This document shows positions 27,014-37,804 of a stretch of DNA of 64,000 nt, piece after piece. Made by a program: the position numbers and the translations under genes. The stretch's first letter is position 1. Each line of letters opens with the position of its first letter. The notes under the pieces were generated by a model that was not told the DNA's origin, ran no database searches, and saw only the letters and a program-made list of their open reading frames with translations. The stretch comes from an uncultured virus (IMG/VR IMGVR_UViG_3300035670_000134) (Duplodnaviria > Heunggongvirae > Uroviricota > Caudoviricetes): the IMG/VR virus record IMGVR_UViG_3300035670_000134. One strand, given 5' to 3'.

Positions 27014-30000
27014 TATCTACCTGCCCTGTTTGAGTACGAATCAAAGATTCTTACCTCTGCGCCTCGCTTCTTATCATTAATGGGTCTCATCTTAACATTG
27101 TACTGATCCATCATTTCATTAAACCATTTATCTTCACCGATAAACGTATCAACATAGATGTTGATGTTCTCAGTCTTATTTATTGTAGTAACGCTTTGAT
27201 TCTGACCCATTCTGCCAGGGGACTTAAAGCGCATATCGTTCATTGCCTGAAGGGTCGCCATCCCAATCCTTGAAACCGCCTTAGAGTTCATGACAAACTC
27301 ACCACCGTGCAGTAGGGCCGGAATGCTTTGATTACCGAAACCGGGAACGTTGTATCCACCAACACCAAACTTTCTCACATATCCGCCATTTGCGAGCCTT
27401 AGAGGTCCACCGACAGAACCACCACCTGCAGTCGATGGGGTAATAGATGGATACATCCTACTCATATAAACTCCAAGCTGACCCTTTACAAGTTGCTCAG
27501 GGATACCCGCTAGGACTTCAGAATAAATGACTCTTCTTAGATTAGAATCCCTATTCGTCTGGAAGTTTGATTCAATAGAAACAATCGCGTCAATAATCTT
27601 ATTCTTTACACCTTGGCTAAACCCGGCCATGTTGACTCTTACCCAATTTCGTACAGCGTCGATTTCGTCAAGAGCCAATGTCGCTGGCGGTCTACGAGCC
27701 GCTTGGCCTACCCCAGCCCCTCCTCCACCGGGAGTTGTTGTGCCGGGAGGCGTTCCCCCCGGGGTCACTGCCCCAACAGCATTACTGACAGCCGCACCAG
27801 CATTTGTAGCAGCATTTCCAAGTTCATCAATAGCCATCTGTGCTTCCAGAATATTGGCAATCATTGGGTCCATCATGTTGGCCAAAGGATCAACAGCCGA
27901 AGTTATGTGACCAACGGTACCTCTCCACTCACGAAGGATTTCTTCTTGAGCATTAGTAATTGCATCAAGCAGTGTCTGGGCAGGATCTTTTTCCTCAATA
28001 ATATCGTTGATATCATCAAGACCAATGCTAATAATATCTTCTTCTAAAACTCTTAAAAGTTCATCAAAGTTACTTGAAATCAAAGTATTTTCACTGATTA
28101 AGGTTTCCCAACCAGTCAGTGTTCCAGCCATAGCGGTCTGGATGAGAGAAGAAGTGTCATTAGCAGAAGTTTCAAGACCGCCAGTTAGGCTTTCAAATGC
28201 AGAATTAATTCCGGTGTTAGCAACAACTCTATCTTCAATACCCTGAAGCATCGATAGAGTTGCACCAAGAACACCAACATTTTCATCAAGCAAACCATAC
28301 TTTTCTGCAGCAACAGCAACAAGAGCATCAAGTTGGAAAGCAAAAGGTGTAACAGCCTTATTTGGCATATCTTGCTCAATCTTTTGCTGCATGTTTTCAA
28401 AAGTTGTAGCAAACTGCTCACCATTCTTCTGAGCGAATTCGGTTGCCAAAGAAGTCAGTTGATTCAACTGCTGTTCATAGTCTTCTATTGTTTGAGGAGC
28501 AAACTTTGTTATCTCCTTAGAGGCTTCTTTGAATGCTTCAATTTGAGCCTTAAAGAATTCATCGGCTTCTTGTTTCGCTTCCTTAATCTGATTCTTGAGG
28601 AATTCAAGATTTTCTTTTCTGAGATCTTGATTCCTCTTGTTTTCAAGATCACTAATTGATTCCGCACTTTCTTTACTGCTCTTCTGCTCTTCCAGATCAA
28701 GCATACGAGCATCATCAATACGGCCCTCATAAATAGCCAAAGCCCTATTTCTTACATAGTTCTGTCTATTAAGTTCCCTCTCATCCAGAAGTTTGCGTCT
28801 ATTGGCGATGTATTCTCTTTCCCGCATCAAGGCTTCTTCTGCTTGAGACAATTTGTCGATCACAGAAATTTGATCATCAAAGACCTTGAGAGCGGCGTCT
28901 CTCTGATTCTCTAGAGCATCTATCAATTTATCTGAAGCGTCAGAGATTTCGTTAGACAAATAATCACCAACAAGATCCACAAATTTCTGTCTAATATCCT
29001 TTAATGCATCATTAAACTTGTTTGCGAAATTCTCACCGGCGCTCTCGCCGGCATCTCCGGCAGCATCAATAGTTGGCTCATACAGTTCTTCATCGCCAAG
29101 TTCCTCTTCAACGGTATCTTTCATCTCGCTAGCAAGGCGATCAGCGACCGGCTCAGGAACAAAACCAGCAAGGGCATTCGTCGCTGCGTCACGGGCTGCA
29201 TCGACAAAACTATCAAATGCACCCGGAGCACCGGCCATTGCATCACCAAGTTTTGCGCTTAATTCCTTACCAAAATCAACAATGCCGCCAGTATCAATGT
29301 CTGAAACTGTTTCAACAAGGGATTCAAGTGCTCCATCAAGAGCATTCACACCGGCCATAGCAGCACTTGTTGCTCCACTACCAATAGCAGATAAAGCCCC
29401 TCCAACTGCATCAAATGTAGATAAAACAGTATTTACGCCAAAAACTTTTGCAAAGAACTGAGCAATTGGACCCAAAGCATCAATTGTCATTCTTACAAAA
29501 TCTGTAAACAGATTTATTGCTTTATCAAGAATGAAACCAATCCCTTCTGGAAGGTGGGCAAGAAGTGTTAGACCTTTAACGACAATAAATCTAAATACTT
29601 TCAAAGCATGAGGCAGCAGCTCTAAGAAAATTTGAACCATGTATGCAATAATTGTCGGTAAATTCTCAACAAGTTTCAAAAGAATTTTAAATGCTCCCTT
29701 TACAATGGCAGCAAAGACATTTATCAAAGCAGGTGCCAAAGTTCCCAAGAAGAATTGCAGGATGCCCATACCAACGGCTTTCAGTCCTTCTTTCATTTGG
29801 TTACCAGCGCCAGCAACCCCATTTTTCATTGCAATAGCGCCTTTTACAATGTTTTTAAAGCCATTGACAATTGTCATAAAGGCTCCAAATGCTTTTTTCA
29901 TAAATGGAACAACATATTCTTCTACAAATTCTTGAATCTTAAGAGATGCTCTAAATACAAATCCCGAAAGTTTATTAAAGATATTGGCTACTTTTTCAAC

Positions 30001-33000
30001 TTTATCTGAAGCCTCAGAGCCTCCAGATAGGGCTGCGAAAAGATCTTTAAATGGACTAAGAAGTGCTGAACCTATTTCTTTTAGAATCTTAAATGTTGCA
30101 GTTAGACGGTCTACGCCGGGCTGAATCTTTTCTCTAAATAAAGAGAAATTGTCAATAATTGCTTTAATAAATGGCAACAATAATGCTACACCTGCTATTA
30201 ATCCAGCAAAAGTAAATCCTATAAATCCAACTTTAATTATATTAATAAGCCTTGAGATAGGCATTAGTTTTTTAATGACTGCTCCAAGACCACCTACAAC
30301 AAACTTTGAAAGATAGGCACCAATAAAAACAAACGTGCTTCCAAAACTTTTTACAATAGAACCAAGCTTTCTAAAGCCCTCTAGTAATTTACCCGGGAAC
30401 AATTTTAAGAAATTTTTAAACGACTGACTGAGGTTTTTAAAGAAATTCTTTAGCCAATCAAATCTACCCTTTTTAACTTCAGGCATAACTTGAGGCGCCA
30501 TCTTTGGCCTATAAGTAACATCTCTCTTTACACCTTCTAAAGCCTCTGCTGTACTTATTGTTTTAGTTGGTATAATAAGATCTTTTTTAACAATTTCTAA
30601 TTGAGGTATTTCAATACCTTTCTTCAAGCCCGGCAATGCTCCGCCAGCGGCAGTGACTAATCCACCAGTCGGAGCTATCAAACCTTCTCTACCAATTATG
30701 TCTTGAGGGCCAGTTATTCTTGCAGCAGCATCGATTTTTGACTGTACTTCATTAAAAGATCTTATAAATTTTGTGTCTTGACCAAGGGGGTCAAAAGCAC
30801 CATATGCCTGAGCAAGCACCTCTCCTTGAATATCCGCTGCTTGCTTAGCCATTTTTAATTGAGCATCAGATATAAACTCACCACTGGCTTTTGCTGCACC
30901 TTCGAATGCACCGAATTGACTTGTTTTAATAGATACCCCAGAAAGATCAGCTGGTGAGAAGCCAGACCTAGCCATTCTATTTTGTATTTCGGCCATTACT
31001 CCTTCTCTAGTTATAACCTGATCAGTTATTGAACTAGCCAAGCCTCTTGTTTGAACACTGACAGCATCTAAAGATCGAGTGAAAGCGTCCATCTGCTTTA
31101 TTGGCATAGATGGATAAGGACCATCAGCCAATTCCAAAACGCCAGCGGCAGCAACACTGGGAATTGCTCTTAAAGACTGTGTTGGTTGCAATGGTGATGA
31201 CGGGAATGGCCCCATTGGTCCTTGTATTAAGTCTCTTGGGTTAATCTTAGTTGATTGTAAAATTGCTTTTGCTTCTGCCGCAGCAGAAACAATTTTATTA
31301 TGTATAATCTCAGAATCACCTTTTAGACTGACTGCTGCTTTAAGAGCTCCATCTAAAATATTGTTTCCAGCAGTTTCACCTCCTGATGCTAGAATGCCAG
31401 TTGTCTTTGCGGCAATCTCATTCATCCTTGCATCAAGAGTATTAAGAGCAGCCTCACCTGCTGCACTTGTCATACCTACTCTTGCAAGAACATCTTGTGG
31501 TGCAGTAAATTGCTTAGAAAGAATACCTGTAGCCTCACCATAGGCTCTAGCCATTCTTGCAATAGGACCGCGACCACTTGAAACAGTTGCAATAAATCTT
31601 TGCATTCTGCTTGCAGAAGTTGTAAATGCATCACCTTGCAGAGTTACTGCATTCTTCATCTTTAGAAGCCCGGGTGTCGCCGCCAAAGTTTCAGCACTTA
31701 AAGCATTCACACCAGGCAACATCTTGAACAAGACACCGCCCATAACACCGGCCGCAAGTTTTACTTGACCAAAAATAAATACGAGAGGACCGATAGCAGC
31801 AACTGCTCCAGCGAATACAATCATTAATTGTTTAACGCCAGCAGGTAGTTTTGATATTGCTTCAGCAGCATTAACGACTGCAGTAGAAACCGCTCTGATC
31901 GCTGGCTCTGCTGAAGAAATAATATCCGTAGCGATATTTTTGAAAGCAATACGCATGCGATCAATCTGCTTCGATGTGGAAGCGAGAGCGATGTCTAACT
32001 CTTCTTGAGCCAACTGCTGGGCATTTGCTGCACCAAGAAGTTCCACAAGTAGAGCCTTGCCGGCCTGAGAAGAAAGTTGATCAACGACCTGAATTCCTTC
32101 TTCCGAATTCTTCTCAACATCAGAGACATAATCCCTGAACATTTGACGAGCTTTCTTAGCAGAGTCAATTTGACCTTGAGTTACTGCTTCAGAAACACCA
32201 CCAACAGATTCTCCAACCTGAGCATTCGCTACTTTCGTGATATTAGTGAAATCTTCAATGGTTCTGACAGTCGTCATTAAACCTTGAGAGGCGAATCCGG
32301 CTTTAGCAGCAATACCTTCAAGAATATTAGCCAAAGTTTCGCCGGTTGGCTGAATGGCAGTGCTGTTTAATTCCTTCTGGAATTGAATAAGGCTGTCTAT
32401 CGAGGTAAGCATTCTTGTTGCTTGACGCTTTTCAAACAATTGAGCATAGAACTTAATGACCGCCTCGTCATCAGTTTCTTGTCTTAATAGATTAGTAGCA
32501 TCAACAAGAGATTGGATGGAGTGAATGCCTACACCGCTAATTTCATCGAAATACGCCCTTAACTCTTCACCAGATTCACCGACCCGTGCAGTTAAACCAG
32601 CCATAGTATCTTGCAAGACTCCTGTTGGAGTAGCAAGCCTCTGCAAAGCAACCTTTAAGCCATTAGCAGCAGTCTTAACGTCAATACCAGCAGCCTTCAT
32701 AGGCGCAAGCATTGCTGCAGTCTGGGTCATGGTCAAACCAAAAATGGTTGCAGCAGAAGAAGCTTCTGGAATTGACTCAGCCATGTCTCTGAATGACAAA
32801 GCCGTATTGTTTTCAATAGCGTTGAACAGATACAGCTGATTTGTTGCTGCCTCTAATGCAACCTCTTGTTTCTCAAGTGCGCTAGAGAATTCCCTACCCA
32901 TCAGATCCATTGATCTAATGGTTCCCAAGAACATGGTCTGCAAAAGTTCTTGAGACTGAGAAATATCCATGCTACCCAGCACAGATAATTGGTTTGTTAC

Positions 33001-33807
33001 ATCTGCCAAGCCAAGAAGAACATCAGTCGATGCAATACCAAGTTCCGCAAAATCGGCTGTAACAGCGGTTACAAGATCTCTTGAAACACCAAATTTCTGG
33101 CTCATCTGGAACGTAACCTGATTAAAGGCATCCATTCTAGATGTTACAGATTCTAGAGAGTATCCTAGTTTTTCTAAGCCTTCTCTTTCTTGATCAAGAA
33201 GAGCGATAAAGCCTTTTTGTTCATTGCCAAGGAATGCTTCGCCAAGAATCTTCTTAAGACGAACAAGTTCAGCATCAAAAGCCTTAAAAGCATCAAGGCC
33301 TCTATTAGCAAACATCATTATTGGTGTTGTCAAACCAATAATAAGGCTTCGACCTACGAACTGAGCATCTTTACCGGCTTTCTTAAACTGAACAGAAAGT
33401 GATCTAAGGTCGCTAATTAAAGCCCGTGGTCTGATCCGCTCAAGATTACGCTCAGTTGTTTTTAACTGGTTATTAAACTGACGTAATGCTTCTTTCTCTG
33501 CAAAAGAGGTGTTGAGACTTTTAATCCTAGCATCAGTTTGCTTTATAGCATTTCTAAGATTATTGAGTTCATTGCCAAGAGCTCTTTGATTGGTTCTAAC
33601 CTGACCAATCGTCTTAGCATGTTCGTTAAGACCCTTATTGGTTACACCTACAGCCTGACTCAGAGCACGCTGTGCGGCGTCCATATTCTGAGTTCTGCGG
33701 GTCATGCCCACACTTGATGTTATAAGGTTGCGAAGAGAAACAGAAAGTTTCTCAATTTGCTCTATACCCGCTACAGATACGTCAAGTTTGAGTTCTTCCC
33801 TAGCCAT
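27013..33807 (-). CDS. tape measure protein
   Basis: 2264 aa, Ala/Gly-rich helical, hydrophobic segments, C-terminal PALLHGGEFVM; follows tail assembly chaperones. Confidence 0.93.
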   Translation of the reverse strand: MAREELKLDVSVAGIEQIEKLSVSLRNLITSSVGMTRRTQNMDAAQRALSQAVGVTNKGLNEHAKTIGQVRTNQRALGNELNNLRNAIKQTDARIKSLNTSFAEKEALRQFNNQLKTTERNLERIRPRALISDLRSLSVQFKKAGKDAQFVGRSLIIGLTTPIMMFANRGLDAFKAFDAELVRLKKILGEAFLGNEQKGFIALLDQEREGLEKLGYSLESVTSRMDAFNQVTFQMSQKFGVSRDLVTAVTADFAELGIASTDVLLGLADVTNQLSVLGSMDISQSQELLQTMFLGTIRSMDLMGREFSSALEKQEVALEAATNQLYLFNAIENNTALSFRDMAESIPEASSAATIFGLTMTQTAAMLAPMKAAGIDVKTAANGLKVALQRLATPTGVLQDTMAGLTARVGESGEELRAYFDEISGVGIHSIQSLVDATNLLRQETDDEAVIKFYAQLFEKRQATRMLTSIDSLIQFQKELNSTAIQPTGETLANILEGIAAKAGFASQGLMTTVRTIEDFTNITKVANAQVGESVGGVSEAVTQGQIDSAKKARQMFRDYVSDVEKNSEEGIQVVDQLSSQAGKALLVELLGAANAQQLAQEELDIALASTSKQIDRMRIAFKNIATDIISSAEPAIRAVSTAVVNAAEAISKLPAGVKQLMIVFAGAVAAIGPLVFIFGQVKLAAGVMGGVLFKMLPGVNALSAETLAATPGLLKMKNAVTLQGDAFTTSASRMQRFIATVSSGRGPIARMARAYGEATGILSKQFTAPQDVLARVGMTSAAGEAALNTLDARMNEIAAKTTGILASGGETAGNNILDGALKAAVSLKGDSEIIHNKIVSAAAEAKAILQSTKINPRDLIQGPMGPFPSSPLQPTQSLRAIPSVAAAGVLELADGPYPSMPIKQMDAFTRSLDAVSVQTRGLASSITDQVITREGVMAEIQNRMARSGFSPADLSGVSIKTSQFGAFEGAAKASGEFISDAQLKMAKQAADIQGEVLAQAYGAFDPLGQDTKFIRSFNEVQSKIDAAARITGPQDIIGREGLIAPTGGLVTAAGGALPGLKKGIEIPQLEIVKKDLIIPTKTISTAEALEGVKRDVTYRPKMAPQVMPEVKKGRFDWLKNFFKNLSQSFKNFLKLFPGKLLEGFRKLGSIVKSFGSTFVFIGAYLSKFVVGGLGAVIKKLMPISRLINIIKVGFIGFTFAGLIAGVALLLPFIKAIIDNFSLFREKIQPGVDRLTATFKILKEIGSALLSPFKDLFAALSGGSEASDKVEKVANIFNKLSGFVFRASLKIQEFVEEYVVPFMKKAFGAFMTIVNGFKNIVKGAIAMKNGVAGAGNQMKEGLKAVGMGILQFFLGTLAPALINVFAAIVKGAFKILLKLVENLPTIIAYMVQIFLELLPHALKVFRFIVVKGLTLLAHLPEGIGFILDKAINLFTDFVRMTIDALGPIAQFFAKVFGVNTVLSTFDAVGGALSAIGSGATSAAMAGVNALDGALESLVETVSDIDTGGIVDFGKELSAKLGDAMAGAPGAFDSFVDAARDAATNALAGFVPEPVADRLASEMKDTVEEELGDEELYEPTIDAAGDAGESAGENFANKFNDALKDIRQKFVDLVGDYLSNEISDASDKLIDALENQRDAALKVFDDQISVIDKLSQAEEALMREREYIANRRKLLDERELNRQNYVRNRALAIYEGRIDDARMLDLEEQKSSKESAESISDLENKRNQDLRKENLEFLKNQIKEAKQEADEFFKAQIEAFKEASKEITKFAPQTIEDYEQQLNQLTSLATEFAQKNGEQFATTFENMQQKIEQDMPNKAVTPFAFQLDALVAVAAEKYGLLDENVGVLGATLSMLQGIEDRVVANTGINSAFESLTGGLETSANDTSSLIQTAMAGTLTGWETLISENTLISSNFDELLRVLEEDIISIGLDDINDIIEEKDPAQTLLDAITNAQEEILREWRGTVGHITSAVDPLANMMDPMIANILEAQMAIDELGNAATNAGAAVSNAVGAVTPGGTPPGTTTPGGGGAGVGQAARRPPATLALDEIDAVRNWVRVNMAGFSQGVKNKIIDAIVSIESNFQTNRDSNLRRVIYSEVLAGIPEQLVKGQLGVYMSRMYPSITPSTAGGGSVGGPLRLANGGYVRKFGVGGYNVPGFGNQSIPALLHGGEFVMNSKAVSRIGMATLQAMNDMRFKSPGRMGQNQSVTTINKTENINIYVDTFIGEDKWFNEMMDQYNVKMRPINDKKRGAEVRIFDSYSNRAGR

Positions 33808-33853
33808 AGTTCACCATGATAATTATCCCATTTTATTGAAAATAAAGCAATGA

Positions 33854-34174
33854 TTACGCTTCATAACCCAATCCAATAGGGATAAAACGCAAGTCTTGTT
33901 TTTCAACAACTTCCGGCGGAGGTGGAGGCGTATCGTCATACCAATCCTCATCCCAATCTACTTCGGCACCCTGACTTGCAGCCATACCTTTAACTTGCAA
34001 ATTAAACTCGTAGTTAGAGGCTTTGTACAGCAAAAATAGCTCTTCCATCGTTAAGGATTCTTCAAGATCCCAAATCGACTTCCAAGCACCGCAGCGTATT
34101 AATAATTCGGATTCGTATTTAAGGAGGGGGATGTCATCCCAAGATAAAGAGTCGCCTTCACCCCCCTCCGTCAC
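33854..34174 (-). CDS. tail assembly chaperone, downstream (T-like) frame
   Basis: Between first chaperone gene and tape measure; in the -1 frame relative to the upstream gene. Confidence 0.7.
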   Translation of the reverse strand: MTEGGEGDSLSWDDIPLLKYESELLIRCGAWKSIWDLEESLTMEELFLLYKASNYEFNLQVKGMAASQGAEVDWDEDWYDDTPPPPPEVVEKQDLRFIPIGLGYEA

Positions 34175-34476
34175 TGAGAAGGGTCAGAACCCATAGCAGC
34201 GCTCATCAACTCACCGAAGCACTTAAGATCCAAAACGTCTTCAAGAGCCTCGGGGTCAGAAGCAAGATCTGGGTCAACCTTGGCGAGAGCAATACCAGCC
34301 GCCTCAATCATGCGATCAATATCCTCATCACTCATTTCTCCATCTTCGGTCTTGAGTTGAGAAGCGACCTTCATGAACTTACGTAACTGACGAATAGTTA
34401 GAGGACGGATTGTTCTCTTAACCCCGTCAGCAAACAGGATCTCTACGCCCTGATGAATATCCTTATTCTGTGCCAT
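34171..34476 (-). CDS. tail assembly chaperone (G-like)
   Basis: IRPLTIRQLRKFM; lies between major tail and tape measure genes. Confidence 0.75.
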   Translation of the reverse strand: MAQNKDIHQGVEILFADGVKRTIRPLTIRQLRKFMKVASQLKTEDGEMSDEDIDRMIEAAGIALAKVDPDLASDPEALEDVLDLKCFGELMSAAMGSDPSQ

Positions 34477-34507
34477 TATTCTCCTTAATGTCTAGTAAAA
34501 GAGGAAA

Positions 34508-34540
34508 CCCTCCGAATATGCATTATAGCATACCGGAGGG
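34508..34540 (-). terminator. hairpin after major tail gene, overlapping a TGCTATAAT promoter (34522-34530)
   Basis: ccctccg-aa-tatgc attata gcata-c-cggaggg inverted repeat. Confidence 0.6.
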
Positions 34541-34570
34541 CTTACCCCTGTGAACTATCTTAAATTTTTA

Positions 34571-35164
34571 TCAAGCGGTTTCGTCAATGATCTTGCCATA
34601 CTCGTAACCGGTATCTGCTGATACTGGAAGAATACGGAATGAAACAGCAAAGGTGGTAGCCTCTGCACGCTTCATAGCAATGCTTGACGACTCAAACGAA
34701 ATTGCACGCTTGGTGTTGAACTTACGGGTACGGGTGGTAGCTGCACCTGAACCCGGAGCGTTACCAACGATCTGGACAGCCTTCTCGTATGGATACACAT
34801 TCTGAACACCGAACATGAAAGTCTTCGTGTTTGCGCCATCATTGTTGACAAGAACGTCAGCACCATCATCAACATTGTCGTATGACCAAGCAACGGCAAG
34901 GTTGTTGAGGGTAGCCTCAGCGAGGGTGGTCTTCAACATGACCTTCACTCTTGACTGGATAACCTTAGCGGCGTCACCGTACTGATCGACTTCAATGTCA
35001 ACCATATCCGGCTCCCAAGAAATTTCAACGCCCTCTTGAGTAGCGCCTACTGAAGTGAGGCTGTCGAAGTCACTGTTGGTCATGCTAGTGTTAGACGAAC
35101 CGACCTTAACTTCAGCTTCACCCACAACAATATTTGCGGTATTTACTGATCCTGCACCTGGCAT
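34571..35164 (-). CDS. major tail protein
   Basis: GATQEGVEISWEPDMVDIEVDQ...LKTTLAEATLNNL; synteny; biased codon use. Confidence 0.85.
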   Translation of the reverse strand: MPGAGSVNTANIVVGEAEVKVGSSNTSMTNSDFDSLTSVGATQEGVEISWEPDMVDIEVDQYGDAAKVIQSRVKVMLKTTLAEATLNNLAVAWSYDNVDDGADVLVNNDGANTKTFMFGVQNVYPYEKAVQIVGNAPGSGAATTRTRKFNTKRAISFESSSIAMKRAEATTFAVSFRILPVSADTGYEYGKIIDETA

Positions 35165-35175
35165 TTTAAATCCTC

Positions 35176-35373
35176 CTATTCAAGGACAAATATCCTTTTG
35201 CCCTTTTTATCGCGCCATTTAGCGATTCTCTGTACGTGCTCTGGTCTGACTTCGCCGGGCTTCTTACCGATGCCTACGCCCTTCTGCCATTCAAACTCAT
35301 AAACAGTTTTTCCGACCCTTGCGAAGAACCCTCCGCCAGACTTTCCTACGTATGTAATAGTAGTATACTTCAT
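35176..35373 (-). CDS. hypothetical protein
   Basis: ORF with TGGTATTAT -10 box 8 nt upstream. Confidence 0.65.
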   Translation of the reverse strand: MKYTTITYVGKSGGGFFARVGKTVYEFEWQKGVGIGKKPGEVRPEHVQRIAKWRDKKGKRIFVLE

Positions 35374-35392
35374 ATATCTTTATAATACCACA

Positions 35393-35818
35393 TCATTTAG
35401 CGACGTAGTAGATTGTAAATTCTAAATTCATAGCAAACCATCCATCACGCTCAATAGCTTCTGTGACTGAGCTACCATCGAACGATGTGGAGAATAATCT
35501 TGTATCAGTTCCTTCTTTACCGGAAGAACTTGAAATATAGTCTCCTTTAGAAAGAAGTTCGATCATTCTTTCACCGATCTTAAAAAGACGATCAATATTG
35601 GTATCGTAAATAATATAATTTACTGAATCATACCTATTCCACCACGCTTCTACTGATGGAGTGTTTTGACTAATAAAGTAAACAACAAAAGGTGCCGTCT
35701 CGGTTCCGTCACCAACAATTGGGAAAAATGGCATGGTTTTACCAGCAATTGTTTGCATTGATGAATCATTAGATAAGAAAGAATTGATATCATATACGGC
35801 TAATGTCGAAATTGTCAT
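35393..35818 (-). CDS. tail terminator-like protein
   Basis: Synteny; APFVVY motif. Confidence 0.6.
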   Translation of the reverse strand: MTISTLAVYDINSFLSNDSSMQTIAGKTMPFFPIVGDGTETAPFVVYFISQNTPSVEAWWNRYDSVNYIIYDTNIDRLFKIGERMIELLSKGDYISSSSGKEGTDTRLFSTSFDGSSVTEAIERDGWFAMNLEFTIYYVAK

Positions 35819-36390
35819 CTTGGAACATCACCCCCAGTGATACGACTAATACCACCCCTGACACCGATACCCTGCTGCCTTAATGCGGTATTAAGGTTCT
35901 TACGAAGCATTTTACTTATACCGTAAAGAATAAAAGTTCTAAATGATTGGTTCGGAGATTTAGCCGGAACTCTAATTGTGAAAGCATAGTCTGGTCCTTT
36001 CTCCCACTCTTTCAGCCTATACGGATCTTCACCACTATACTTTCTACCTACATATCTTTTTCTACCATACATCTTTATGTTTGCATCAAATCTACCTTTT
36101 GTTTCTGGAGACTGCTTAACCCTGTCTGGTTGCGCTCTCAAAATTTTAACAACCAACTCCGCCTTATCAAATGACGACTTGGTTTCTATATTAATAACAT
36201 TATCCTTACCAAGTTGATTATTACCATAGTTTTGACCTAACTTTCTATGAGCCTCTTTTTCTGTCGTTTCCAATGCAACTTGAATGGCATGCCTAACTCT
36301 GTTCGGATAATGCTCAATAGCTCTTTCTAATTTATAAAGATTCTGCAGCGACTGTTTGCTGACAGACATATCAAAACTTCTTTTAGCCAT
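35815..36390 (-). CDS. neck/tail-completion protein (basic)
   Basis: Synteny between stopper and terminator; basic composition. Confidence 0.5.
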   Translation of the reverse strand: MAKRSFDMSVSKQSLQNLYKLERAIEHYPNRVRHAIQVALETTEKEAHRKLGQNYGNNQLGKDNVINIETKSSFDKAELVVKILRAQPDRVKQSPETKGRFDANIKMYGRKRYVGRKYSGEDPYRLKEWEKGPDYAFTIRVPAKSPNQSFRTFILYGISKMLRKNLNTALRQQGIGVRGGISRITGGDVPR

Positions 36391-36770
36391 CAGGAACCCA
36401 CCTCAACAACAAGTCTAATCCTAACAAGGATATGACTCAACTTTCCATTCCAACCTGTTCTTCTTGCAATATCAACGACCTCAAAAGGACCAGCAACAAG
36501 CGTTGTGTTGTATCTATCTTTAATATCTTGCACCCTGTATCCATACTGAAAATAACTTGCATATGTATGCGGTATGAGCAATTCATACTCTTCAACATTA
36601 TCAACATACGGGGCTACTCTTCTCTCAGAAGAAACCGGCTGGAACGCACACGGGACATCTGATTCAGACAAAGACCAAGAACCAATCTTTTGACCGGCAC
36701 TGTTGGTCGTCACAGATCTGCTATAGACATCTAAATATTGATGGTATCTTAGAAAGGTTCTGTAAGCCAT
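36390..36770 (-). CDS. head-to-tail stopper
   Basis: TNSAGQKIGSW...VPCAFQP; synteny. Confidence 0.65.
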   Translation of the reverse strand: MAYRTFLRYHQYLDVYSRSVTTNSAGQKIGSWSLSESDVPCAFQPVSSERRVAPYVDNVEEYELLIPHTYASYFQYGYRVQDIKDRYNTTLVAGPFEVVDIARRTGWNGKLSHILVRIRLVVEVGS

Positions 36771-37693
36771 CAGGTAACATAATCCATCACAAACAGCGTA
36801 TAGTCGGTAAGAAGAACATCTGCTTCTATATTCCCAGTTGATTCATAGAAATTAGAATTCATTGTAAATCTAATAGTATCCATATCAACAGAGGTGATTC
36901 CATGACGGCGATATTCCGAATCATCATTCATAAGATCTGTAATAAGAAGATCCGAGGCTTGCTTGATATTGAGAGGTACAAATCTCCACCCAAAATCCCC
37001 TTCAACTTTATAATCAGACATTGACTTAAATGTTTTACCTGCAATCCGGCTGGCATTCGTTTGAACAATATCAGACTTATATCTTAAGTAGTAAGATGTT
37101 TCAAAATTAAAAGGTTGTCTGACCTTCTCTATATTGCTAAGGCTGCTATCTGTTGAATCATGCAATACTTGCTCATCTGAGTCCCCGGTGTTCATTGTTA
37201 CTTTACGAAGTGTTGTAACCGGGATAGGCAAGTGGAGATTGCTATGGTTAGTGCCATCTATGGTTATTGACTTCTCAGGATAAAAATCAAATGATTGACC
37301 ACAGTAAGTATTAATAATATTTCTAGACCTTTTTTCAAAGTAATCGAATTGAGATTCAAAAGATGATAATTCTGGGTGGTTTACCAAAAACTCCGCCCAA
37401 GTTATGTAGGGAGTATAAACATTTATATATTGGGATTGAGTATATGATGTACCAGAAATAGAATATGTAAAATCTGCTCTATGTTTGCCGGCAGAATTTA
37501 AAACATAAATACCCGAAGCCTCCTGCGCAAACGTAACCGTATACACCCCGGTAGAAGTTCTTGTAGCAGCAACATTAGCTTTGACAGTATCGCCAAACTC
37601 ATGAACTAAATTAACAGTAACAGTATTTGAATCCGCATCAGATGGCAGGGTCAGCGTTAATGTTTTGCTTGTATCAACCTTTACTTCGTCCAT
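36770..37693 (-). CDS. head-to-tail adaptor with N-terminal extra beta domain
   Basis: IINTYCGQSF, VEGDFGWRFVPLNIKQA. Confidence 0.7.
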   Translation of the reverse strand: MDEVKVDTSKTLTLTLPSDADSNTVTVNLVHEFGDTVKANVAATRTSTGVYTVTFAQEASGIYVLNSAGKHRADFTYSISGTSYTQSQYINVYTPYITWAEFLVNHPELSSFESQFDYFEKRSRNIINTYCGQSFDFYPEKSITIDGTNHSNLHLPIPVTTLRKVTMNTGDSDEQVLHDSTDSSLSNIEKVRQPFNFETSYYLRYKSDIVQTNASRIAGKTFKSMSDYKVEGDFGWRFVPLNIKQASDLLITDLMNDDSEYRRHGITSVDMDTIRFTMNSNFYESTGNIEADVLLTDYTLFVMDYVT

Positions 37694-37703
37694 TTAAAAT
37701 CCT

Positions 37704-37781
37704 TCAGCAAGTGCAATCTTCGCACCCGCAATTGCAATGTTCATTGCATTCACAACCGCAACCACAAGCTTTCGTTCTCAT
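37704..37781 (-). CDS. 25-aa metallothionein-like Cys-rich peptide (not in ORF track)
   Basis: MRTKACGCGCECNEHCNCGCEDCTC, 9 Cys + 1 His; AAGGAG RBS 5 nt before ATG; TATAAT at 37805-37810. Confidence 0.78.
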   Translation of the reverse strand: MRTKACGCGCECNEHCNCGCEDCTC

Positions 37782-37804
37782 AATACTCCTTAAATCTTAA
37801 TAAC

